47,141 nucleotides of DNA from Synergistaceae bacterium (GTDB lineage Bacteria > Synergistota > Synergistia > Synergistales > Synergistaceae). Made by a program: the position numbers and the translations under genes. The number at the start of each line of letters is the position of its first letter. Position 1 is the first letter of the stretch. The stretch covers positions 1-47,141 of the forward strand of contig JAITNX010000100.1 of assembly GCA_031290235.1 (NCBI GenBank), written 5' to 3'. The notes beneath the pieces were generated by a model. The model was not told where the DNA came from and ran no database searches. It saw nothing but the letters and a program-made list of their open reading frames with translations. This document shows, piece by piece, positions 10,025 through 18,156 of the stretch.

Positions 10025-11080
10025 TCATTTCCCCTCCTTCAGCTTCACGACGTACTCGACTAACTGTGCTGGGGTCGGAAGCGTCAGGTCCAGCCAGCCT
10101 TGAAACTCGACAGGTTTTTTTCCGTTGACGCCAAGCCTGACATCCTCGATCATCTGACCCTCTGAGATTTCCACCGAGATAAAAGATCTTACGCTCTCGC
10201 GCTCCGCGCAAACCCGGAACGTCTCATACGGAAAGGGGAACAGCGTTATGGGGCGAATCAGCCCAACCTTGATCCCTTGTCCAGCCAGCGTCTTGATCGC
10301 GTTTTTCGCGATACGCGCCACAGTTCCGTAGGCGGCAATCACGAATTCCGCGTCGTTGAGGCCGGTCTCCTCAACCCGGACTTCCTCCCGGCTCATGCGC
10401 GCGTATTTTTCAGTCAGCCGCAGCTCCAGCCCAGGCTTGCTCCTTGGGTTGATTATCGCCTTGGGCCGGCTTGACCCCTTCGTCCAGCCACGCGCGGCCC
10501 AACTGATGTCGTATTCCTTTGGAGCCGGTGTTTTTATCTCGACAGGTTCCATCATCTGCGAAATTATAGCGTCACAGAGCAGCAAGATCGGCTGGCGATA
10601 TTTCTCAGACAGGTCGAAAGCGAGCTGAAGCAGATCGCAGGCCTCCTGCACTGAGGAGGGAGACAATGCCAGGGTGCGGTAGCCTCCGTTGCCGCCCCCT
10701 CGCGTTGATTGAAAGTAATCGGTCTGGGATGGGACGATTGTTCCAAGTCCGGGACCCGCGCGCATAACATTGATATAAACGACCGGCAGCTCCGCCGCGG
10801 CACAGTAGGAGATGCCCTCCTGCTTGAGGGAAATGCCTGGGCTGGAGGAGCTGGTCAGCGAGCGATGGGCGGTCCCCGCCGCGCCGTACACCATGTTGAT
10901 GGCCGCTATTTCACTCTCTGCCTGTAAAAAACAACCTCCCTCTATTTTGGGCAGGCGAGACGCCATATACTCCGAAAGCTCGGTCTGGGGCGTAATCGGG
11001 TAGCCGAAATACAACTTGCAGCCCGCCTGTATAGCGGCTTCAGCCAGCGCTTCGCTGCCCTTCATCAGAACTTTAGCCAA
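10025..11080 (-). CDS. 2-oxoacid:ferredoxin oxidoreductase, alpha subunit
   Basis: MKGSEALAEAAIQAGCKLYFGYPITPQTE...AESEIAAINMVYGAAGTA is typical of the alpha subunit. Confidence 0.85.
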   Translation of the reverse strand: MAKVLMKGSEALAEAAIQAGCKLYFGYPITPQTELSEYMASRLPKIEGGCFLQAESEIAAINMVYGAAGTAHRSLTSSSSPGISLKQEGISYCAAAELPVVYINVMRAGPGLGTIVPSQTDYFQSTRGGGNGGYRTLALSPSSVQEACDLLQLAFDLSEKYRQPILLLCDAIISQMMEPVEIKTPAPKEYDISWAARGWTKGSSRPKAIINPRSKPGLELRLTEKYARMSREEVRVEETGLNDAEFVIAAYGTVARIAKNAIKTLAGQGIKVGLIRPITLFPFPYETFRVCAERESVRSFISVEISEGQMIEDVRLGVNGKKPVEFQGWLDLTLPTPAQLVEYVVKLKEGK

Positions 11081-11093
11081 TTTTCTTGCCTCC

Positions 11094-11300
11094 CTACTTC
11101 TTGATCACAAAACAGATATCAGGACAGGTGAGCGCGCAGGAGAGACAGGCCACGCAGGCGTCTGAATCCGTAATCTCGGCGGGGTGAAAGCCCTGCCGGT
11201 TGATAAAACTTCTGGATATCGCAAGTATGTGTTTTGGACAAGCGCGTACGCATAAACCGCACCCCTTGCACCTCTCCCTGTCGATCGTCAGCTCTGCCAT
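11094..11300 (-). CDS. 2-oxoacid:ferredoxin oxidoreductase, delta subunit (2x[4Fe-4S] ferredoxin)
   Basis: Two CxxCxxCxxxCP motifs (CKGCGLCVRACP, CVACLSCALTCP). AAAGGAGAA SD. Confidence 0.85.
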   Translation of the reverse strand: MAELTIDRERCKGCGLCVRACPKHILAISRSFINRQGFHPAEITDSDACVACLSCALTCPDICFVIKK

Positions 11301-11337
11301 GTCGATGGTTCTCCTTTTTGTGGTATGTTGTGATTAC

Positions 11338-12768
11338 TCACGCCTCCGCCTTCTTCCACCTCGTGCCCTGGGGCGTGTCCTCCAGGATTATTCCCCTGTC
11401 GGACAGGGATTTGCGGATTTCGTCCGAGCGGGCAAAGTCCTTTCGCGCCCTCGCCTCATTGCGCTCCTTGATTAGCGTATCGATCTCGTCCGTTTCAGAT
11501 TCGCGCGAGCGCTCCATAGAATCTATCTGCAATATTCCCATTATGTCGTCGACCGAGCGAAGGAAATTCGCGGCCTCTTCAACTGTCTCGTAGTCTATTC
11601 CGCCCTGGCGGCCCAGCGAGCTGTTCGTGGCGCGGATGATGTCGAAGATCGCGCCTATCGCTCCGGCGGTGTTGAAGTCGTCGTCCATGGATTCTACGAA
11701 GAGTTCCATGGCGTCTTTTATGGCCTCCCTCAGCCCATCGTCCCGCTCGCAAGGAACGACGTCGCAGGGACGGGCCTCGAGAGCGTAGGATATCTCGGCC
11801 CATCCATTTCTCAGGCGCTCGTAAGCGCTCTTGGCCTGCTCCAGCGTCTCCTCCGAGAAATTTATTGGGGATCTGTAATGGGCGGAGAGCATGAAAAGCC
11901 TTATCACAGGTGTGGAGTACTTTGCCCGGACTTCCCTCACAGTGAAGAAGTTGCCAAGAGATTTGGACATCTTCTCGCGGTCCAGCATCACGTATCCGTT
12001 GTGGATCCAAAAGCGGGCGAATGTGCGGCCGTGAGCGCACTCGCTCTGCGCGACTTCGTTTTCGTGGTGGGGGAATATCAAGTCGCTGCCACCGCCATGT
12101 ATGTCTATCGTTTCTCCAAGGTAGCGTGTCGCCATTGCGCTGCATTCGATGTGCCAGCCCGGTCTCCCCATGCTCCATGGACTCTCCCACGCCGGCTCGC
12201 CGGGCTTCTGTGCCTTCCAGAGCGCGAAGTCCAGCGGGTGGCGCTTTCGCTCGTCCACCTCCACCCTGGCGCCGGAGTCGAGATCCTCCAGATTCTGCTT
12301 TGAAAGTTTTCCGTAATTCTGGAACGTAGAGACCTCGAAGTAGATGTCACCTCCCGCCTCGTAAGCGTGTCCCCTGTCGATCAACTTTTCGATGATCGCT
12401 ATTATAGCGGGTATCTCCTGCGTAGCCCTGGGGTTATGGGTCGCCCTCCTTATACCCAGGGCGTCGGCGTCCTCATAATAGGCTTCGATGAAGCGTTCGG
12501 CAAGCTCAGGGACCGTTATCCCGAGCTGGTGGGCCCTCTGAATCATCTTATCGTCCACATCTGTGAAGTTTTGCACGAAATTTACCTTCAGTCCATTGAA
12601 CTCCAGGTAGCGCCTGAGGACGTCAAATACTATGAAAGGCCTGGCGTTGCCGATGTGGAAATAATCATAGACTGTTGGGCCGCAGACGTAAAAACTCACG
12701 GCTCCCGGTTCTAAGGGTTCAAAGGACTCCTTGCCGGCAGACATGTCGTTATATAATTGTAAACTCAA
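11338..12768 (-). CDS. cysS: Cysteine--tRNA ligase
   Basis: YVCGPTVYDYFHIGNARP (HIGH) and KMSKSLGN (KMSKS). (M)SLQLYNDMSAGKESFEPLEPG parallels the N-termini of characterised CysRS. The start is therefore TTG 12768 with AGGAGGTG about 9 nt upstream. The 536-aa ORF-track version (to 12948) carries a spurious extension. Confidence 0.9.
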   Translation of the reverse strand: MSLQLYNDMSAGKESFEPLEPGAVSFYVCGPTVYDYFHIGNARPFIVFDVLRRYLEFNGLKVNFVQNFTDVDDKMIQRAHQLGITVPELAERFIEAYYEDADALGIRRATHNPRATQEIPAIIAIIEKLIDRGHAYEAGGDIYFEVSTFQNYGKLSKQNLEDLDSGARVEVDERKRHPLDFALWKAQKPGEPAWESPWSMGRPGWHIECSAMATRYLGETIDIHGGGSDLIFPHHENEVAQSECAHGRTFARFWIHNGYVMLDREKMSKSLGNFFTVREVRAKYSTPVIRLFMLSAHYRSPINFSEETLEQAKSAYERLRNGWAEISYALEARPCDVVPCERDDGLREAIKDAMELFVESMDDDFNTAGAIGAIFDIIRATNSSLGRQGGIDYETVEEAANFLRSVDDIMGILQIDSMERSRESETDEIDTLIKERNEARARKDFARSDEIRKSLSDRGIILEDTPQGTRWKKAEA

Positions 12769-13044
12769 ACGAGGTTGCACCTCCTGTGGAATGCGTCTCT
12801 TCGATGGAGATCTTATACTATAATTCCCATAGACGCCAGATAATTTTTGCAAAAAACTGGGGAAGGGCTGATTTTTTTGAAGGGCCGGCACAGCAAAATT
12901 ACGCAATTCGCGCTCACGGATCGCTCCAGAGGCGCGAACGCGAGGCAAACTACATGAATTGCTGGTATACTATATACGTGCGGCGCGACGCCGGCGCCAG
13001 TTTTGTTTCGAAGTGGGACTGCCGACAGGCCGAGGGAGTGTGCG

Positions 13045-14508
13045 ATGGACCGAGAAAGTTTGCTCAAGATGATTCGGCGTTTCCCAGATAAGCCTGGCGT
13101 CTACCTGATGCACGACGCGAGCGGGCGGACGATTTACATAGGCAAGGCCAAATCGCTGAAAAAGCGGGTCTCGTCATATTTCAGGCATGCCTCGTTTGCG
13201 TCGCCGAGACTCGCAAAACTTGTGGACGGAATAGACGACATCTCCACCATAAGGACGGAGAGCGACGCCGAGGCGATGATACTGGAGTCCCGCCTGATAA
13301 AGGTTTACCAGCCGTTTTTCAACGTAGAGCTGAAGATGGGGGAGAAGTATCCCTTCATAAAGATAACGTCCGAGGATTTTCCAAGGGTGATTGTCACTCG
13401 TCACAGACAGGACGACGACTCCGTTTACATCGGGCCGTTCGTAAGGGTGAGAGATCTCAGGGTCCTCGTTCGGTTGGCGGAGCGCTATTTTCCACTGCGA
13501 ACCTGCGCGCTGCCGCTCAAGAAGGATAAACTGCCGGCAAAGGTCCGCCCATGCATGAGGCAGACACTTGGCCTTTGCCTTGGCCCATGCGCGGCTCTCT
13601 GTACCGAGGCCCAGTATCGGGAGCGTGTCGCGGATCTAATACTGCTGCTGCAGGGCAAGGGGGCGGATCTCGCGAACAGGCTGCACAAGAGGATGGACGC
13701 CTCGGCGAAACGGCTCGAGTTCGAGGAGGCGGCCCGGCTCCGCGATACGATAAGGGCTATCTGGCGCGTGAACAGGCAGAAGGTTTCCAATCCTGTGATG
13801 ACTGACGACGCCGGTGACGAGTGGGTCCCTCTCAAGCGCTTGAAGGAGGCCCTTGGCCTGCCGCTGCTGCCGTGGAGGATAGATGGGTTTGACATATCGC
13901 ACACGGCGGGGGAAAGCACAGTCGGGGTCGTCGTCGTGTTCGAGCAGGGGGTTTCGAACCCCTCGCTCTACAGGCGCTTCAACGTTGTCACAGTGGAGGA
14001 TGTCGACGACTTCAGGTCCATGGAAGAGACTCTCTCCCGCAGGTACAAGCGCTGTCTCGATTCACAGGAACCTCTGCCTCAGCTCATAATGATAGACGGC
14101 GGCCCGATTCAGCTCGACTTTGCCCGCCGCGCGCTGGTGGGGCTGGGCCTGGGGTCGACAGCCACAGTGGCCCTGGCGAAACGCGAGGAGGAGATCTTCA
14201 TCCCCGGAAGGCACGAACCGATAAGGCTCGGCCTTAACGATCCAGGACTCAAGCTGCTTCAGAGGGTGAGGGATGAAGCCCATAGGTTCGCTATAACTTC
14301 CCATAGGAGGAAACGCGATAAAAAATTTTCGAAGAGCGCACTTGAAGATATTCCTGGAATGGGTAAAAATAGGGTGTCTCAACTCCTGAGCAGATTTGGC
14401 AGCATAAGGGCCATAGCCGGACTGCATCAGGACGAGCTGGCGTCAGTGCCGGGAATAGGGCCGGTCCTGGCGGAGCGCATCTTATCGGCGCTCGATATCT
14501 CGGCGTGA
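13045..14508 (+). CDS. uvrC: Excinuclease ABC subunit C (short, 487 aa)
   Basis: GIY-YIG (GVYLMHDASGRTIYIGKAKSLKKRV), UVR motif (RLEFEEAARLRDTI), endonuclease block IDGFDISH, C-terminal (HhH)2 (IPGMGKNRV...VPGIGPVLAERI). ATG 13045 lies behind GAGGGAG. Confidence 0.85.
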   Translation: MDRESLLKMIRRFPDKPGVYLMHDASGRTIYIGKAKSLKKRVSSYFRHASFASPRLAKLVDGIDDISTIRTESDAEAMILESRLIKVYQPFFNVELKMGEKYPFIKITSEDFPRVIVTRHRQDDDSVYIGPFVRVRDLRVLVRLAERYFPLRTCALPLKKDKLPAKVRPCMRQTLGLCLGPCAALCTEAQYRERVADLILLLQGKGADLANRLHKRMDASAKRLEFEEAARLRDTIRAIWRVNRQKVSNPVMTDDAGDEWVPLKRLKEALGLPLLPWRIDGFDISHTAGESTVGVVVVFEQGVSNPSLYRRFNVVTVEDVDDFRSMEETLSRRYKRCLDSQEPLPQLIMIDGGPIQLDFARRALVGLGLGSTATVALAKREEEIFIPGRHEPIRLGLNDPGLKLLQRVRDEAHRFAITSHRRKRDKKFSKSALEDIPGMGKNRVSQLLSRFGSIRAIAGLHQDELASVPGIGPVLAERILSALDISA

Positions 14509-14543
14509 CGGCGTTATACTTAAATTGGGGAGGACATGTACTT

Positions 14544-15674
14544 TTGACAGAGGGAATTAAGCGGGATCACGCCAGGGAAGAACGTTTCATGAGGATGGCT
14601 CTGAGTTTTGCGATGAGAGGGGCCGCAAGCGTGAGTCCCAATCCAAAGGTGGGCTGTGTCATTGTGGATGAGAGCGTCTCTGGCGGACGTTTGACGGCGT
14701 GGGGTTATCACAGGATATATGGAGGGCCTCACGCTGAGGTGGAGGCATTGAGGAAGGCGGGAGGACGCGCCGCTGGGTGTACGGTCTATGTAAATTTAGA
14801 GCCGTGCTGTCATGAGGGAAAGACGCCTCCGTGCAGCGAAGCGTTGATAAAAGCGGGCGTTTCTCGCGTCGTCATAGGCGCCGAGGATCCCAACCCCAAG
14901 GTATCCGGGGGAGGCGCGGCGTCACTTCGCGGGGCCGGGATCGACGTGTCGGTCGGGGTTCTCGAGGAGGAATGCCGATGGCTCAACAGGGGGTTCATAA
15001 GAGCTATGACTATGGGCAGACCCTGGGTCACGGTAAAGGCCGCCATATCCATCGACGGCGAGATGGCGCTGCAAAACGGCGAGAGCAGATGGATAAGCGG
15101 CAGCGAGTCCAGGAAGCGCGCGCACCTGATGAGGGCCGAAAACGACGCGGTTTTAGTCGGAGTGGGAACTATTTTGAAGGATGATCCGGAGCTTACAGTG
15201 AGGAACGCGGATGGGAGGTCTCCGATGAAGATAATAATGGACAGGGACCTCGACACGCCGCCTGACGCCAAGGTGCTTGACGAGGGAAAGTGTATGTTTT
15301 TCACCAGCCCGTCGTCCGATGAGGGCAGGGCCGGCGAGCTGAGCCGGCGCGGAGCGGCCATAATGCGCCAAGAGGGGCCTATGGAGCGGCGTCTGTCCAT
15401 AGATGAGCTATTGGGCCGACTCGTCCCGTACGGCATAAACAACCTCATGGTGGAGGGTGGGGCGAAGCTGATAGGTTCGTTCATCAGCTCGCGCCTCGTG
15501 GACGAGTTCTCGCTGTTCGTGGCCCCTAGATTGCTTGGGCAAGGACTGGACCTGTTGGGCGGGATGACCTTCAAACACATGGAGGAGGCGGTATCTATGA
15601 AGCGGCTGAGGATAAGAAGAACCGGCGACGATATCTGGTTTGAGGGGATTCCGTCTTGTTCACCGGCCTTGTAG
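14544..15674 (+). CDS. ribD: Bifunctional riboflavin biosynthesis deaminase/reductase RibD
   Basis: Deaminase Zn motif HAEVEAL...PCCHEGKTPPC plus a RibD_C reductase domain. Start is TTG 14544 (GGGGAGGA 8 nt upstream); the alternative is ATG 14589. Confidence 0.85.
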   Translation: MTEGIKRDHAREERFMRMALSFAMRGAASVSPNPKVGCVIVDESVSGGRLTAWGYHRIYGGPHAEVEALRKAGGRAAGCTVYVNLEPCCHEGKTPPCSEALIKAGVSRVVIGAEDPNPKVSGGGAASLRGAGIDVSVGVLEEECRWLNRGFIRAMTMGRPWVTVKAAISIDGEMALQNGESRWISGSESRKRAHLMRAENDAVLVGVGTILKDDPELTVRNADGRSPMKIIMDRDLDTPPDAKVLDEGKCMFFTSPSSDEGRAGELSRRGAAIMRQEGPMERRLSIDELLGRLVPYGINNLMVEGGAKLIGSFISSRLVDEFSLFVAPRLLGQGLDLLGGMTFKHMEEAVSMKRLRIRRTGDDIWFEGIPSCSPAL

Positions 15675-16336
15675 AGTGCGTCGGTGTCGTCCGCTCCGTC
15701 TCTTACGAAGGGGGCGGAGTCCACAGGATAGGCATAGACGCTCCCTCCATAGCCCAGTTTCTGAAACGAGGGGAGTCGGTGTCGGTGTCCGGCGCTTGCC
15801 TCACCGTGGTGGAGTCATGGGGGGACACATTTTACGCCCAGATGATGAGCGAGACCATGGGCGCGACACGGCTTGGAATGATAAAGCCAGGGGACAGGCT
15901 GAACCTTGAACGGCCACTCAGAGTGGGCGACAGGCTGGACGGCCACATGGTGCTCGGCCACGTGGACGGAGTCGGCAAGGTGTCCCGGTTGGAGGACGAG
16001 GGAGTCACAAAAAAGATATGGATAACACCGCCGGACGACATAGCGTGGGGAGTGGCGGCAAAGGGTTCCATCGCGGTGGATGGGGTGAGCCTGACGGTTA
16101 TAGACCAGCCCGGCGAGCACAGCTACGACTTCTCCATAGGAGTGATACCGACCACGCTGAGAGAGACGACGATAGGAGATCTGACGGAGGGGCGCGCGGT
16201 GAACATAGAGATCGACGTCCTGATAAGATACGCGGCCAGGCTGCTTCGCGCCGACGGGGAATCGGATGGCGCCAGTGACGCCCTTTCACGCGAGAAGCTG
16301 CTGGACTACGGCTGGGACCTGGGAGGCAACGAATGA
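15656..16336 (+). CDS. ribE: Riboflavin synthase (alpha chain)
   Basis: The MFTGLVECVG N-terminus is typical, and there are two lumazine-binding repeats. TTG start overlaps the ribD end. Confidence 0.85.
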   Translation: MFTGLVECVGVVRSVSYEGGGVHRIGIDAPSIAQFLKRGESVSVSGACLTVVESWGDTFYAQMMSETMGATRLGMIKPGDRLNLERPLRVGDRLDGHMVLGHVDGVGKVSRLEDEGVTKKIWITPPDDIAWGVAAKGSIAVDGVSLTVIDQPGEHSYDFSIGVIPTTLRETTIGDLTEGRAVNIEIDVLIRYAARLLRADGESDGASDALSREKLLDYGWDLGGNE

Positions 16337-17556
16337 ACGATGAAATCATGAGTCTCGACTCGATCGAGGATGCCATAAAAGACATAGCGGCGGGTAAAAT
16401 TATCATAGTTGTCGACGACGTCGACCGCGAAAACGAGGGCGACATGCTCATGGCGGCGGAGTTCTGCACGACGGAGCGGATGAACTTCATGGTTCGGCAG
16501 GCGCGCGGGCTGGTTTGCGCTCCAGTGGACGCGGCTATAGCCGCGTCATTGAAGCTGGACCTCATGGTCGAGAAAAATACCGACCTGCACGGGACTGCGT
16601 TCACCGTGTCGGTTGACGCAATGGATGGCACAACTACCGGAATATCCGCGGGCGAACGCTCCGTAACCGTGAGGCGGCTCGCCGACCCGGAGTCAAAACC
16701 GGGGGACTTCAGGAAGCCTGGACATGTTTTTCCGCTGATAGCCCGTCATGGCGGAGTCCTCAAGCGAGCCGGACACACGGAGGCAGCGGTGGATTTCGCG
16801 CGGCTGGCGGGCCTGAGGGGCGCGGGGGCGATCTGCGAGGTGTTGAACGAGGACGGTTCCATGGCCCGTCTGCCGCAGCTGATGAAATTCGCGAGGGAAA
16901 ACGGCCTCAGGATAGCGTCGGTCGCCGATCTCATAAAGTACCGACTGAGCAGGGAGAAACTGGTAGTCAGAGAGGCTTCTGTCGCGTTTCCGACTGAATA
17001 TGGGGATTTTACGGCTCACGCTTACAGGTACGTCGGGGACGAGAGCCACGATACGGTTCATGTGGCGCTGATCCGGGGCGACGTGTCGTCGGTTTCCAGC
17101 GTACTCGTGAGAGTACACTCCGAATGCCTCACCGGGGACGCCCTCGGGTCTCTGAGGTGCGATTGCGGGCCTCAGCTGCACAGCGCCATGAGCATGATAG
17201 GGCGCGAGGGAGTTGGGGCGGTGCTATATCTCAGGCAGGAGGGCCGGGGAATTGGACTCCTGTCCAAGCTGAAGGCTTACGAGCTTCAGGATAGGGGGAT
17301 GGACACAGAGGAGGCAAATATCGCCCTCGGTTTTGGGGCGGATCTGAGGGATTACGGGGTCGGCGCTCAGATCCTGGTCGATCTGGGCATAAAAAGGATA
17401 AGGCTCATGACAAACAACCCGAGGAAGGTCGTGGGGCTGGAGGGCTACGGCCTCGAGATCGATGAGCGAGTCCCGCTGGAGTTCCCGCCGAACGAGCACA
17501 ACAGGAAATATTTGCAGACAAAGTGCAGCAAGATGGGGCACATTCTGCACATCTGA
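16333..17556 (+). CDS. ribBA: Bifunctional 3,4-dihydroxy-2-butanone-4-phosphate synthase / GTP cyclohydrolase II
   Basis: DRENEGD (DHBPS) and RVHSECLTGD...CDCG (GCH II). ATGA overlap with ribE. Confidence 0.9.
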   Translation: MNDEIMSLDSIEDAIKDIAAGKIIIVVDDVDRENEGDMLMAAEFCTTERMNFMVRQARGLVCAPVDAAIAASLKLDLMVEKNTDLHGTAFTVSVDAMDGTTTGISAGERSVTVRRLADPESKPGDFRKPGHVFPLIARHGGVLKRAGHTEAAVDFARLAGLRGAGAICEVLNEDGSMARLPQLMKFARENGLRIASVADLIKYRLSREKLVVREASVAFPTEYGDFTAHAYRYVGDESHDTVHVALIRGDVSSVSSVLVRVHSECLTGDALGSLRCDCGPQLHSAMSMIGREGVGAVLYLRQEGRGIGLLSKLKAYELQDRGMDTEEANIALGFGADLRDYGVGAQILVDLGIKRIRLMTNNPRKVVGLEGYGLEIDERVPLEFPPNEHNRKYLQTKCSKMGHILHI

Positions 17557-17578
17557 TGCAGGCAGGAGGTTATGAGCC

Positions 17579-18067
17579 ATGAGAACTATAGAGGGATCTT
17601 TCATTGGGTCCGGGCTGCGGTTTGCCATAATCGCTTCCCGTTTCAACGATCTCATAATAAGCAGGCTGCTTGACGGAGCTGTGGATGTTCTGACCCGCCA
17701 CGACGTCAAGCAGCAGGATATAGAGGTCTATAGGGTTCCTGGAGCGTGGGAACTGCCGCTGATCGCGAAGGAAATCGCGCTCTCCGGCAGATACGACGGG
17801 ATAGTGGCCATAGGCGCTGTGATCCGCGGCGACACGCCTCACGCGGATTATATATGCGCGGAAGTATCGAAGGGGCTGGCGAGCGTGAGCCTCGAACAGA
17901 GGGTTCCGATTGGATTTGGGGTACTAACGTGCCTCAATCTTGAGCAGGCGCTTATACGCGCCGGGAGCAAGTCGGGGAATAAGGGCGCGGATGCCGCGAT
18001 AGCCGCTCTCGAGATGGCGAATTTGCTGACAGCCGCAAGGCGCTCTCTCGGAATGGAAGAAAACTGA
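17579..18067 (+). CDS. ribH: 6,7-dimethyl-8-ribityllumazine synthase
   Basis: MRTIEGSFIGSGLRFAIIASRFNDLI..VPGAWELP. AGGAGG 10 nt upstream. Confidence 0.9.
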   Translation: MRTIEGSFIGSGLRFAIIASRFNDLIISRLLDGAVDVLTRHDVKQQDIEVYRVPGAWELPLIAKEIALSGRYDGIVAIGAVIRGDTPHADYICAEVSKGLASVSLEQRVPIGFGVLTCLNLEQALIRAGSKSGNKGADAAIAALEMANLLTAARRSLGMEEN

Positions 18068-18156
18068 TGCTCGAATCGCTTAAAAAAAAGGAAAACGGCC
18101 TCGGCCTTGACGTCCTCTGGCTGATACAGGCGGCCGAGGCCAGGGGCAGATAGAGG

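Noticed and set aside
9235-10128. 297-aa plus-strand ORF over the oxidoreductase beta/alpha genes
   Set aside because: It is antisense to clearly recognisable TPP-binding and alpha subunits, and it has no SD or motif.
11338-12948. Long 536-aa version of cysS from the ORF track
   Set aside because: The extra N-terminal ~60 aa are unlike CysRS and cross the promoter region. TTG 12768 with AGGAGGTG gives a canonical N-terminus.
12769-13044. T-box leader upstream of cysS (and likewise upstream of gltX)
   Set aside because: I looked for the conserved T-box sequence (AATTAGGGTGGTACCGCG-like) and for a terminator/antiterminator pair on the minus strand and found none. gltX has no leader at all because it overlaps rlpA.
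14810-15724. 304-aa minus-strand ORF over ribD
   Set aside because: It is antisense to a well-supported ribD. The Ser/Pro-rich translation has no motifs.
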